A stretch of DNA of 64,000 nt from Calditrichia bacterium. Lineage in GTDB: Bacteria > Calditrichota > Calditrichia > RBG-13-44-9 > J075. Both the position numbers and the translations under genes were made by a program. Under the pieces are notes generated by a model that saw nothing but the letters and a program-made list of their open reading frames with translations, was not told the origin of the DNA and ran no database searches. Shown here one piece after another: positions 38,566 to 47,730 of the stretch (positions are counted from its first letter, which is position 1; each line of letters opens with the position of its first letter). The stretch is from the NCBI GenBank assembly GCA_050633245.1, contig JBOEGD010000030.1, positions 32,001 through 96,000 on the forward strand. The letters run 5' to 3'.

Positions 38566-40266
38566 TTAGCGATTTTCAATCACAATTTTGAACGGACGCA
38601 CCTGATTTCGACCATTTTCTTTTGCAGCGTAAAGGGCACTGTCAGCAAACCGAATCAGCTCTTCGGAATGCAGAGAATCGTTGGGGAAATTGGCAACGCC
38701 AATTGATATCGTCACCTTTTTATGAGGCAGCTGTTCTTCCTGAGGGAAAGGCGAGGTGGCAATAATATTGCATATTTTTTCTGCAAGCCGGATACCGCCG
38801 GCTTTATCAAGCTCAGTGCATATTATTACGAATTCTTCGCCCCCGTAGCGAGCGACAATATCACTACTTCGCGTATTTTCCAGCAATAAGCGAGCAACCT
38901 TACGCAATACAACATCACCGGCCTGATGGCCAAATGTATCGTTATATACTTTAAAAAAATCGATATCCAGCATCAGCAAACAGAAGTTGGTTTGATTGCG
39001 TTCAGAACGACTGACTTCACGTAAAAGCTGTTGATGAAAATAGCGATAGTTATACAAACTGGTAAGATGATCGGTTATAGCATCTTTTTCGGCGCGAAGA
39101 AATAGTTCCGTAAGCTGCTGACGAAGCTGAAGGTTTTGATGTGCAAGACTGGCTGCATTTATCAACATCTCCAGCAGTTTTACATCGTAAGGGGTGATTC
39201 TTCCGCTTATCGGTCGATCGATATAGAGAAATCCACCAAAATAAAACATCTCCGAACTCAAGTATTCATGCAGCTGACTTCGCACCATTTCAATATCCCG
39301 CTCAGACTGATGATTAAGTCCCGGTAAAAGCGCATCAAGCTGACGGCGAATATTTGTCGTCCCCGGAAGAGCGTCTCCGGCGGGCATCGATGTGCCCAAT
39401 ATCCCGAATAAAAACTGAGTTGCGCTTATCTCGTCTAAAATGCGATTGAAGTTGTCATCTTTAACTTTTCTGGAGCTGCTTATATAAAGCAGTGGTTTCC
39501 GCGAAAACAGACTTTGCACGAGTGTCGCATGGTAGGGCAATCGAATTTTCGACGCTTCGATATCGCTGAAGCCCGTAGAATAGGTTACACCAATTTGCAT
39601 AGACTCGTGGTTCACCTCTAAAAATGCGCAGCGCTGAAAATTGAAGTGGCTACTTATTTGCTCAACCAGCTGATGTTTTACCTCTTCCGGCGAGGTACAA
39701 AGCTGAAGGCCAGCAATAATATGCAGTAAACTTTCCAGCTTACCCGAGTAATTACGCAGCTTATGCGTGCTGTCCTTCAACAAATAGTTTGCCGTCTGAA
39801 GCTGCTTGATTTTATCGGTAAGATGATTAATGAGTGTTCGCTGATACTCTTTTTTATAGAACGCTCGGGACTCTTCATCAAGCACTTCGCGTTTTCCTGC
39901 TAAAAATTCGCTGATCTGCCGGGAAAAATTTTTCGTATCGATTGGCTTGGTAATATAGCCATCACACCCTGCAGTTAGAGACAGCTCCCTGGCATGAGAC
40001 TCACGCGTTGCTGTCAGGGCGATAATAATGGTTTTAGAGAGCTCGGGAAGGGTTTTTAATTGAGTGGCAAGATCAATACCGCGCATATCCGGTAGGTTCA
40101 AATCCATCAGGATTAAATCAGGAATAATTTCCTGTGCCTTTTGCAGGCCACTCATTCCATCTGGCGCTTCGAAGCAGTCAAATGGAGAGTTATCCAAAAC
40201 TTTTGCTATCAACATTCGAGATGCGTGATCATCTTCCACATATAAAACTTTTGGCGCATTTACCAT
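38566..40266 (-). CDS. Diguanylate cyclase (REC-GAF-like-GGDEF)
   Basis: N-terminal receiver (EDD..MD..KP); RSSD I-site and GGEEF. Confidence 0.9.
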   Translation of the reverse strand: MVNAPKVLYVEDDHASRMLIAKVLDNSPFDCFEAPDGMSGLQKAQEIIPDLILMDLNLPDMRGIDLATQLKTLPELSKTIIIALTATRESHARELSLTAGCDGYITKPIDTKNFSRQISEFLAGKREVLDEESRAFYKKEYQRTLINHLTDKIKQLQTANYLLKDSTHKLRNYSGKLESLLHIIAGLQLCTSPEEVKHQLVEQISSHFNFQRCAFLEVNHESMQIGVTYSTGFSDIEASKIRLPYHATLVQSLFSRKPLLYISSSRKVKDDNFNRILDEISATQFLFGILGTSMPAGDALPGTTNIRRQLDALLPGLNHQSERDIEMVRSQLHEYLSSEMFYFGGFLYIDRPISGRITPYDVKLLEMLINAASLAHQNLQLRQQLTELFLRAEKDAITDHLTSLYNYRYFHQQLLREVSRSERNQTNFCLLMLDIDFFKVYNDTFGHQAGDVVLRKVARLLLENTRSSDIVARYGGEEFVIICTELDKAGGIRLAEKICNIIATSPFPQEEQLPHKKVTISIGVANFPNDSLHSEELIRFADSALYAAKENGRNQVRPFKIVIENR

Positions 40267-40397
40267 AGAAGTATATCCATTTACAAAAAGTTACCGCTGC
40301 CCTGTCAACAGCATCATTCCCTGATTAATAAAAATCTTTTTCCGCTCAAATGAGCGAAAATGTTGTATATTGCCTTCTTCAAAACGGAAAAAATTGA

Positions 40398-41768
40398 ATG
40401 CGACCTCCCCACAAATCGAATGAGTTGATTGAAGGCCCAATTTTAGCAAATGTTTTGAAATTAGCAACACCAATGATTGTTGCCTTTATTTTCATTACCA
40501 GCTATAACTTTATCGACCGGTTTTTTGTTAGCCAACTTGGTGATACTGCCACTGCTGCAATTGGAATGGCATTCATAGTTCAACTTACAATTATTTCTAT
40601 CGGAACCGGCATCAGCTCCGGCATAAAATCCTATATCTCCCGCAACCTTGGTGCTCAGCAAACAGATGATGCTGTTCAGGCTGCGCTGCATGCATTACTG
40701 CTTGCAGTCATTATCGGCATTTGCTTCGCAATCCTTGGAATTGCAATACAGCGGCCATTATTTCAAGCGATAGGAGCTGACGGAGAGCTGTTAGAATTCA
40801 TTATCAGCTATTTAACGATAATTTTCTTATTTACCCCGGTTAACCTGCTGTCCGTTTTTGGCAGCGGTATTTTTCAGGGGTGGGGCGATACGGTTTCTCC
40901 GATGAAGTTTTCTGTTGTGGGCACGTTGCTGAACATTGCGCTAGACCCTATCTTAATTTTCGGTTTATCTATTGTGCCAGGCATAGGCATTAAGGGGGCA
41001 GCACTTGCAACCGGGGTCGCTCGCACGGTTTCGTTACTATATATACTATTTCTTCTGTTCGTTCGCAAGAAGCCAGTTACTCTTTCTTTCCGCAACTTTC
41101 GTTATAGTCCCAGAATCATGCGCGGCATTATGGGGGTCGGTGCGCCATCCACAATCAGCCAGATATTAACCAGCATTTCTATGGGCGCTGTCTTTTGGCT
41201 GCTCGCTCCATTTGGCGAATCTGCAAAAGCAGCTTACACCATTGTTTTTACCTATGAGATGGTTATTTTTCTGCCGGCGATTGGACTAGCTCAGGCTGTG
41301 TCTATTATGACAGGACATAACTTTGGCGCGAATAAAAATGAACGAATTCCCAAAATCCACCATACCGGAATCGCCGCTTCCTTTTTAATAATGGGATGCA
41401 CTGCCGGATTGATTATGTTATTTCCGCGAGCATTCGCCGGAGTTTTTGCCCAAAGCGAAGAGGTATTGGCCATTAGCAGCCATGCGCTACAAATTACGGC
41501 GGTAGGTATCGTTTTTCTAAGCATCTACATCTGCAGCGTTACCAGCTTTTTAGGATTAGGACTCGGAAGACAATATTTGGCGGCCAACTTCCTGCGAATG
41601 TATGTATTGATGTTGCCATGTGCATATTTTGGCATCCAACAGTTTGGCATTGACGGCGTTTGGTATGGGCTGGCAGTCTCGAACATCGTAAGTTCGGTTG
41701 CATTGTTTTTCTGGCATAAGTATATTTTTAATTACAAAATTTTAACGGGTCAGATTAAGCCGTTGTAA
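40398..41768 (+). CDS. MATE family efflux transporter
   Basis: GDTVSPM..NIALDPILIFG..GIKGAALAT; about 12 TM segments. Confidence 0.92.
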   Translation: MRPPHKSNELIEGPILANVLKLATPMIVAFIFITSYNFIDRFFVSQLGDTATAAIGMAFIVQLTIISIGTGISSGIKSYISRNLGAQQTDDAVQAALHALLLAVIIGICFAILGIAIQRPLFQAIGADGELLEFIISYLTIIFLFTPVNLLSVFGSGIFQGWGDTVSPMKFSVVGTLLNIALDPILIFGLSIVPGIGIKGAALATGVARTVSLLYILFLLFVRKKPVTLSFRNFRYSPRIMRGIMGVGAPSTISQILTSISMGAVFWLLAPFGESAKAAYTIVFTYEMVIFLPAIGLAQAVSIMTGHNFGANKNERIPKIHHTGIAASFLIMGCTAGLIMLFPRAFAGVFAQSEEVLAISSHALQITAVGIVFLSIYICSVTSFLGLGLGRQYLAANFLRMYVLMLPCAYFGIQQFGIDGVWYGLAVSNIVSSVALFFWHKYIFNYKILTGQIKPL

Positions 41769-41823
41769 AGATGCGCTTTTCTGACAGAGACGAAAACACA
41801 TAACACTGGATAGATTGCAGAAT

Positions 41824-44700
41824 ATGGCCTGGAAAACCAAGCTTGAACAACTTGTCGGTTTACTCGAAAAAGTGCCCCAGCCAAAATCCTTCGAAGCCAA
41901 GGAAGGTGTGTACGAACCCTACTTTCTCATTGAGCTGCGTTCCAGCAATTGGGAGATTGTCCCTTTTGCCAGCTATACAAGGCTCGATGGTTCTCCGGGT
42001 AGAGAAGTTCGATTGGCGCTTAGCGTAATTGATAACAGCAAAGTGAATATTAGCCAGAACGAGCTGGATGCGCTAATCTATCTCGAATCGGGAAGTTCGC
42101 CCAATTCTCGCGCGATATTCAACTACACTCAACCGGTTGGCTTTTTATTAAACTGGCTACGCGAAAGCACGCTGATGGTTAATGAGAATGGCCGCACTCC
42201 ATCAAAAATCACCCGTCATTCAGATAAGGCGAATCTTATTACCCGCTTAAAGAAAAAGCGTGGTGGATATATTCTTCAGCCTTCTCTGCTTTTCCCTGAC
42301 AATTCAATTGTTGCAATTGAAGGACCGGCCGTTATTCTGTCCTCAAACCCAATTTACTTGCTGTACAAGAACAAGCTTTACGAACTGGAATCCGCTTTAC
42401 CTGCGGTATTTTGGAACAATTATTTTCGCATTCGCGACGAATTTGCAATCCCAACGGCCGACCTTGGCGAGTTTATTCGTCTTTATCTGCCACACATCCT
42501 GCCGGTCTTTGATTGGGACAATCTGGGAGACAATATTCCGCAGGAATCGTTTCCAATGACGGAAAAGCGTATTGAGTTCAACGAGTGGAATAATAATCTG
42601 CAAATTGATGTAAAGTTTGTTTACGACAAGCATGAGTTCGCCGGATATCCAGCTTCCGATCGCAGTCTTGCGAATAAAGGACAAAATCTATTTGTCGTAC
42701 TGCGAGACAAAAAAGAAGAGGACGCCAGCCTGAAAATGCTGGAGGAGAATGGCCTTATTCTGCGCTCAGGCAGCTGGAGTATCGCTGCGGAGTATAACAC
42801 GCTCGATTGGATGAGACTCATTGTTCCAAAGCTCACTAAGGCAGGCTTCACCTTTACAAATGAAGAGGCCTTAAAACGTTATCGCGTCCATCGCCAAAAG
42901 CCCAAGCTACGCTTTAAGGTGAAATCAGGAATCGACTGGCTGGATCTATCATTCACTGTCTTTATTGGGCGCGAACAGGTCGAAATCCCCGAGCTACTTC
43001 AGCAGCTACAGGCAGAAAAAGAATATCTGCGTCTCTCCGACGGATCGCATGTGCACTTGTCCGAAGAGCAACGTGAACATCTGAGACGATTTTCCCTTTT
43101 TCTCGATCTGAAGAACGGCAACGGAGATCTAAAGCTTCCAATGGCTGGCATTGCACTTGTTAAGGAGCTGCAGGGCTTAAGCGAGATGGTAACGCTTGAC
43201 AGCAAGTCTGATAAGCTGGCAGAGAAATACCAGCAGTTTCGCGAAATAAGTAACCAACAGCCTCCTAAAGAACTTAATGCCACCCTGCGAAACTATCAGC
43301 AAGCAGGCCTGGATTGGCTGTATTTTTTATACGACTTCAACTTTGGCGGTATTTTAGCTGATGATATGGGATTGGGAAAAACTATTCAGGTCATCAGTCT
43401 TCTGCTAAAGGCAAAGGAAAATAAGACACTCAAAGGCCCCACAATGATTGTGGTTCCACTGACGCTTATTTTCAACTGGTGGGAAGAATTTAACAAATTT
43501 GCACCATCCATTAAGGTTCTGCGCTACTACGGAAGCAAAACCGAACGCAAAAAGCTAGCGGAGAAATTCAAAGATTTCGACGTCATTTTATGTAGCTATG
43601 GCGTTGTATTGCAGGATCAAAAACAGCTTTCTAATGAGACATTCAACCTTCTGGTATTGGATGAATCACAGAAAATCAAGAATCCGCAAACAAAAACCTA
43701 CAAAGCGATTGAGAAGCTGCAAACGCGACACAAGCTCGCCCTTACCGGAACACCGGTTGAGAACTCTCTGGTCGATCTGTGGGCTCAGATGAATTTCACG
43801 AATCCAGGCCTTCTCGGAACGCTAAAGCAGTTTCAGCGACGCTACATCGATATTGCAGATGAGGAGCGCGAAGAACAAATTGAAGCGCTTCGTAAGATAG
43901 TCTATCCCTTTATTTTGCGTCGTACGAAAGAAGAAGTCGAGAAAGAACTACCGCCGCTAACCGAGATCGTTCAATATATCGACATGACAGATTTGCAGCG
44001 CAAAACCTACAATCGCTGGCTCTCTCATTATCGCAATGAGATTTTCGAAAGCTTGGAGGAGGTTGGAATAAACCAAACCCGCATGAAAGTAGTTGAGGCG
44101 CTTACTTATCTTCGTCAGGTTGCATGTCATCCTGCGATCCTCAATGAAGAAGCAGATCTACAGGATTCCGGCAAGGTTGAGCTTCTGGAAGATATGCTGC
44201 GGCATCTTGCCCATAAAGGGCACAAGGTGTTGATTTTTTCTCAGTTTGTTCGATTCCTGGCACTTATTCGCAAGGTTATGGAAAATAACGACTGGAAATA
44301 TGAATATTTGGATGGAAAGACTCACAATAGAGCCAAACGCATTCACAACTTTCAAGAGAACGAGGATGTGACGGCATTCCTGATCTCGCTAAAAGCCGGT
44401 GGCCTCGGATTGAATCTAACCGCCGCGGACTACGTTATTCATCTGGATCCCTGGTGGAATCCGGCTGTTGAACAACAGGCAACCGATCGCGCACATCGCA
44501 TTGGACAAAAAAAGCGAGTATTTGCTTACAAATACATCGTAAAAGATAGCGTGGAAGAAAAGATTCTGCTGCTACAGAATCGCAAGAAACAGATCTCAGA
44601 AGAGTTGATCACCTCAGACAATGGTTTTGTAAAAACGCTCTCTCCGGATGATTTGGAAATGCTTTTTTCGATCGATAAAAGCGGGAAGTTAAAAGGATAA
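41824..44700 (+). CDS. SNF2/Swi2 family helicase
   Basis: LADDMGLGKT, LDESQKIKN, LTGTPVEN, QATDRAHRIGQ. Start is ATG 41824 or TTG 41815. Confidence 0.92.
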   Translation: MAWKTKLEQLVGLLEKVPQPKSFEAKEGVYEPYFLIELRSSNWEIVPFASYTRLDGSPGREVRLALSVIDNSKVNISQNELDALIYLESGSSPNSRAIFNYTQPVGFLLNWLRESTLMVNENGRTPSKITRHSDKANLITRLKKKRGGYILQPSLLFPDNSIVAIEGPAVILSSNPIYLLYKNKLYELESALPAVFWNNYFRIRDEFAIPTADLGEFIRLYLPHILPVFDWDNLGDNIPQESFPMTEKRIEFNEWNNNLQIDVKFVYDKHEFAGYPASDRSLANKGQNLFVVLRDKKEEDASLKMLEENGLILRSGSWSIAAEYNTLDWMRLIVPKLTKAGFTFTNEEALKRYRVHRQKPKLRFKVKSGIDWLDLSFTVFIGREQVEIPELLQQLQAEKEYLRLSDGSHVHLSEEQREHLRRFSLFLDLKNGNGDLKLPMAGIALVKELQGLSEMVTLDSKSDKLAEKYQQFREISNQQPPKELNATLRNYQQAGLDWLYFLYDFNFGGILADDMGLGKTIQVISLLLKAKENKTLKGPTMIVVPLTLIFNWWEEFNKFAPSIKVLRYYGSKTERKKLAEKFKDFDVILCSYGVVLQDQKQLSNETFNLLVLDESQKIKNPQTKTYKAIEKLQTRHKLALTGTPVENSLVDLWAQMNFTNPGLLGTLKQFQRRYIDIADEEREEQIEALRKIVYPFILRRTKEEVEKELPPLTEIVQYIDMTDLQRKTYNRWLSHYRNEIFESLEEVGINQTRMKVVEALTYLRQVACHPAILNEEADLQDSGKVELLEDMLRHLAHKGHKVLIFSQFVRFLALIRKVMENNDWKYEYLDGKTHNRAKRIHNFQENEDVTAFLISLKAGGLGLNLTAADYVIHLDPWWNPAVEQQATDRAHRIGQKKRVFAYKYIVKDSVEEKILLLQNRKKQISEELITSDNGFVKTLSPDDLEMLFSIDKSGKLKG

Positions 44701-44760
44701 ACAGTTCTCGCTGCCGCCGTTCATTAGTACAACATTTGAGGTATTAGAAGAGAGTACCGT

Positions 44761-44810
44761 TAGCAGTTAGCACCGAGTTGGCTTTAAGACCAACCAGGTG
44801 GTAACTGCTA
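44761..44810. repeat. Long imperfect inverted repeat between convergent genes
   Basis: TAGCAGTTA.CACC..GTTGG / CCAAC..GGTG.TAACTGCTA. Confidence 0.65.
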
Positions 44811-44846
44811 TAGAAAGGGGCAAGGGGTTATGAAAGCGATTTCAAA

Positions 44847-45863
44847 TTAAAACGCAAACTGCGTATTTAGTACAATGAGGTGATTATCAAAGGAGCTCGC
44901 ATCAGCGTTGATTATATAGTTAATCCTCAGTTTTGTAATTGAAGTTGGCCAATAGTTATATCCGAATAAGAATAAACGATTCGCATCAACAGTTTCATCG
45001 AGATCAATTTGATCCCAACGAACCAAAAGCTGATGATCTGGTTTTACCTTATATCCTGCCGTTGCTTGAAATCCCTGAGGATTAGACTCGTCGATGGTAT
45101 TGCTTCTACTGTCAAGCGAAGCATAGATATATTCTCCGGTCAAGAGTAACGCATTTTGCTCAAAATAAATATCTGCACCCAGAATATTTCGCTTTCCGCT
45201 AAATCGTCTGCTGGCGTATACCACATTGTTATCGTTACTGGTTGCACCATTCACGCCCAGCTCAAGGGATCCACCTGCTATCTCGGGCATTACAGCCGCT
45301 CTTGCCATCACCATTAGGTCGTTATTATCATTTCTATTCCCACCGTACCCATTACCATTATAAACTCCGGCACTGACCTTAAAGATATCGTTATGCACGT
45401 CCAAGTGCATTCCGATTTGCCTTCCGGGAATTAACTGAGAAGCAATTTGAGAACGAGTTGTGAAATTCAAAGCGGGAATCCCGATAGAAAATTCTTTGCT
45501 GAAGAAGGTTCTATACAAACCGGCATTCAAGCGTACATTTGAATTTAACTTCCAATATAAACTCGCATCTAAAACGGCGACCGAGCTTAAGAAGTTGGTA
45601 TTTAATAAGTATCCGAGTTTCTTGTCGAGCTCACCGGTTACAACGATACGAGCCATTGGGATTCTGAAGCCATTGTTCCCGGCTGCAATGCGCTCAGATT
45701 GAAAATCCAGAGAAGTCTGCAAGAGCACACCGAGACTTAAGTATGGCTTTTTAAATGTCTCTATTAGTTTCTCTGCCAACGGCTCATCGTCAGGAGAAGC
45801 TTGTATGGGGGTGAATAAGAAGAACAAAAAGACCGTCATCCAAATTCGTAGTGTAGTTTTCAT
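44847..45863 (-). CDS. Outer-membrane porin (OprO/OprP-like)
   Basis: Signal peptide, GFRIPMARI, GRQIG..GVYNGNG, terminal Phe. Confidence 0.75.
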   Translation of the reverse strand: MKTTLRIWMTVFLFFLFTPIQASPDDEPLAEKLIETFKKPYLSLGVLLQTSLDFQSERIAAGNNGFRIPMARIVVTGELDKKLGYLLNTNFLSSVAVLDASLYWKLNSNVRLNAGLYRTFFSKEFSIGIPALNFTTRSQIASQLIPGRQIGMHLDVHNDIFKVSAGVYNGNGYGGNRNDNNDLMVMARAAVMPEIAGGSLELGVNGATSNDNNVVYASRRFSGKRNILGADIYFEQNALLLTGEYIYASLDSRSNTIDESNPQGFQATAGYKVKPDHQLLVRWDQIDLDETVDANRLFLFGYNYWPTSITKLRINYIINADASSFDNHLIVLNTQFAF

Positions 45864-45980
45864 TTTGGAGCCCTATAATTTGGGGTGAATAAGTTCCATC
45901 TTAGCCATTAACCTCTCCCTACCGCAAATTAGTATTCATCAAATCAATACAATGGCAATCGTGAAGAGTCCTATGACCGG

Positions 45981-46424
45981 TTATTTGTTTTTTTTAAATA
46001 ACCGGCCATAGACAGGCTTACGATAGAGAAACTGTAGATACAAAGCCGGGTAAAGCAAAATACTCACAAAGGGAAATTTACCGCGGAAGGTGATATCGTC
46101 AATAATCGTGCTGCCACTTCCCTTGCGAACAATTCGATGTTGATGACGCCAGTAGGAAAGAAAAAACGGCAGTGTACGTCCTTCATCGATAAAGTATATT
46201 TCGTCATCTGAGTTGCCGGAATCCACGATCTCACTGACCCACAGCTGTGGAAAGCCGGGAAATTTCAGCTTTAGATGTACTTCATCTCCCTTTATACAAC
46301 CATCGAAGCGCAGCAGCTCAACAGGTATTCCGGGAGGGTTGAGAGCAAGAAAAAGCTCTTCGGTAAATCCGGAGAAAACTTCGCTTACAGACTGCTCTAC
46401 GGTTGTTGTTATTCTGATTCGCAT
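45981..46424 (-). CDS. SRPBCC family protein
   Basis: FIDEG..LPFFLSYWRHQH..TIIDDI; start MRIRITT. Confidence 0.75.
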   Translation of the reverse strand: MRIRITTTVEQSVSEVFSGFTEELFLALNPPGIPVELLRFDGCIKGDEVHLKLKFPGFPQLWVSEIVDSGNSDDEIYFIDEGRTLPFFLSYWRHQHRIVRKGSGSTIIDDITFRGKFPFVSILLYPALYLQFLYRKPVYGRLFKKNK

Positions 46425-46647
46425 TCTAAGCCGGGTATAGTAAGATAAAAAAACACGGATTCGCGGGATGGCACGCTCAGGCCGACAAAGCAAAAAGAGT
46501 GGCAGAATTTTCGAAATGCTTGAAAAGTCTCTTTCCAGCCTTGCCATTCAGTAACGTTTTACCTATGAATCCGTGTTTAAGACTATCCTTTAGACACTCA
46601 TACGATGTTTCATATCAGTGATCAATCTTCATATTCTTGTGGTAAGG

Positions 46648-47316
46648 CTAAACCGCCTCAACAAAGTTCAGTAAATGTCCTGACTTTTTTGCTTTTGTCT
46701 GTAAATATCCGCGATTAATGTCATTTGGTTCAATCTGCAGTGGAATGCGTTTACTGACATCAATACCAAATTCTTCCAATCCACGAATCTTATTGACGTT
46801 ATTTGTCAGAAGCTGTACAGAGTTTACGCCTAATGTTTTCAACATCTCGGCAGCAACATCATAGCGACGCAAATCATCTGGAAATCCCAAAAGATGGTTT
46901 GCCTCAACCGTATCATATCCTTCTTCTTGAAGAGCATAGGCACGAATCTTATTTCCAAGACCAATACCGCGACCTTCCTGTCGCATGTAAAGCACGATTC
47001 CACAATCACTATGATTGATATAGTTTAAACCTGCTTCGAGCTGTTCACGACAATCACACTTCAATGATCCGAGCACTTCACTCGTTAAGCACTCAGAATG
47101 AACACGAACCGGAACATTCTCACCATTGCTTATATCACCCTTCACAATCGCCAAGTGTTCCTTGTGGTCCAGCGTATTGCGAAAAACATAGACATCAAAA
47201 GCACCATGGGTTGTTGGCAGCTTTGTCTGGGCATAAATCCAGACGTTTTTCAAATTCTCTTTAATCACAGCGTACTCCGATCTGGCATGAGTCAAACAAC
47301 CAAAGTCCTCATGCAT
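46648..47316 (-). CDS. ribA: GTP cyclohydrolase II
   Basis: VRVHSECLTS..SLKCDC, QEGRGIGL, LLTNN. Exact start uncertain. Confidence 0.93.
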   Translation of the reverse strand: MHEDFGCLTHARSEYAVIKENLKNVWIYAQTKLPTTHGAFDVYVFRNTLDHKEHLAIVKGDISNGENVPVRVHSECLTSEVLGSLKCDCREQLEAGLNYINHSDCGIVLYMRQEGRGIGLGNKIRAYALQEEGYDTVEANHLLGFPDDLRRYDVAAEMLKTLGVNSVQLLTNNVNKIRGLEEFGIDVSKRIPLQIEPNDINRGYLQTKAKKSGHLLNFVEAV

Positions 47317-47459
47317 GAGTTAAATTTATATTTTGAGCCCTGCACAAGAATGTGCGCGAGGCGCTTGTATGTGTAATGTCAATATTTTCATCTTCGACGT
47401 TTGCCCATCCTCTATTAGTTTAGATGGATTTTTTAGCTAAAAGTTACCATGAATCGTAC

Positions 47460-47619
47460 ATACCAAAGGCCGACGGTGGAGTGTCGACCTCTGGCTTAAG
47501 CATTGGGGGAACAGGTTGGATATGTTGGAAGGCTTTATTAAGGAACAAGTTCCTTTGTTTAGATTATTTGGGTCAATTTTTATTTTTGTTATCCACATGA
47601 GCGTTTTGAACGTTTTCTT
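47460..47619 (-). ncRNA. Candidate ~160-nt RNA (sponge sRNA or structured ribA leader)
   Basis: Near-consensus promoter, 3' hairpin at 47463-47494 with G-U pairs on the minus strand, and 23-nt complementarity to the 38.3-kb sRNA seed. Confidence 0.5.
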
Positions 47620-47625
47620 GTTTAT

Positions 47626-47654
47626 ATAATAACAATACATCGCCTACTTGTCAA
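47626..47654 (-). promoter_or_regulatory. Strong sigma70 promoter
   Basis: TTGACA-N17-TATTAT with an extended -10 TG. Confidence 0.75.
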
Positions 47655-47665
47655 GGGGAAAAATG

Positions 47666-47706
47666 AAAAAATCGCCCAAAACGCTCGATGCGTTTTTGGG
47701 CGATTT
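47666..47706 (-). terminator. Intrinsic terminator of gcvP
   Basis: AAATCGCCCAAAA..TTTTGGGCGATTT stem with a T-run on the minus strand. Confidence 0.8.
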
Positions 47707-47730
47707 CAATTCAAAAATTAGGAGTGATTG

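Noticed and set aside
41824-44700. SNF2 helicase as part of an anti-phage system
   Set aside because: No adjacent methylase, nuclease or other defence genes; it is flanked by a MATE transporter and a porin.
47589-47597. Perfect DnaA box TTATCCACA as a sign of oriC
   Set aside because: A single box with no cluster and no origin-linked genes. At most a local regulatory site.
47317-47619. FMN riboswitch upstream of ribA
   Set aside because: The conserved RFN element motifs are not present on the minus strand.
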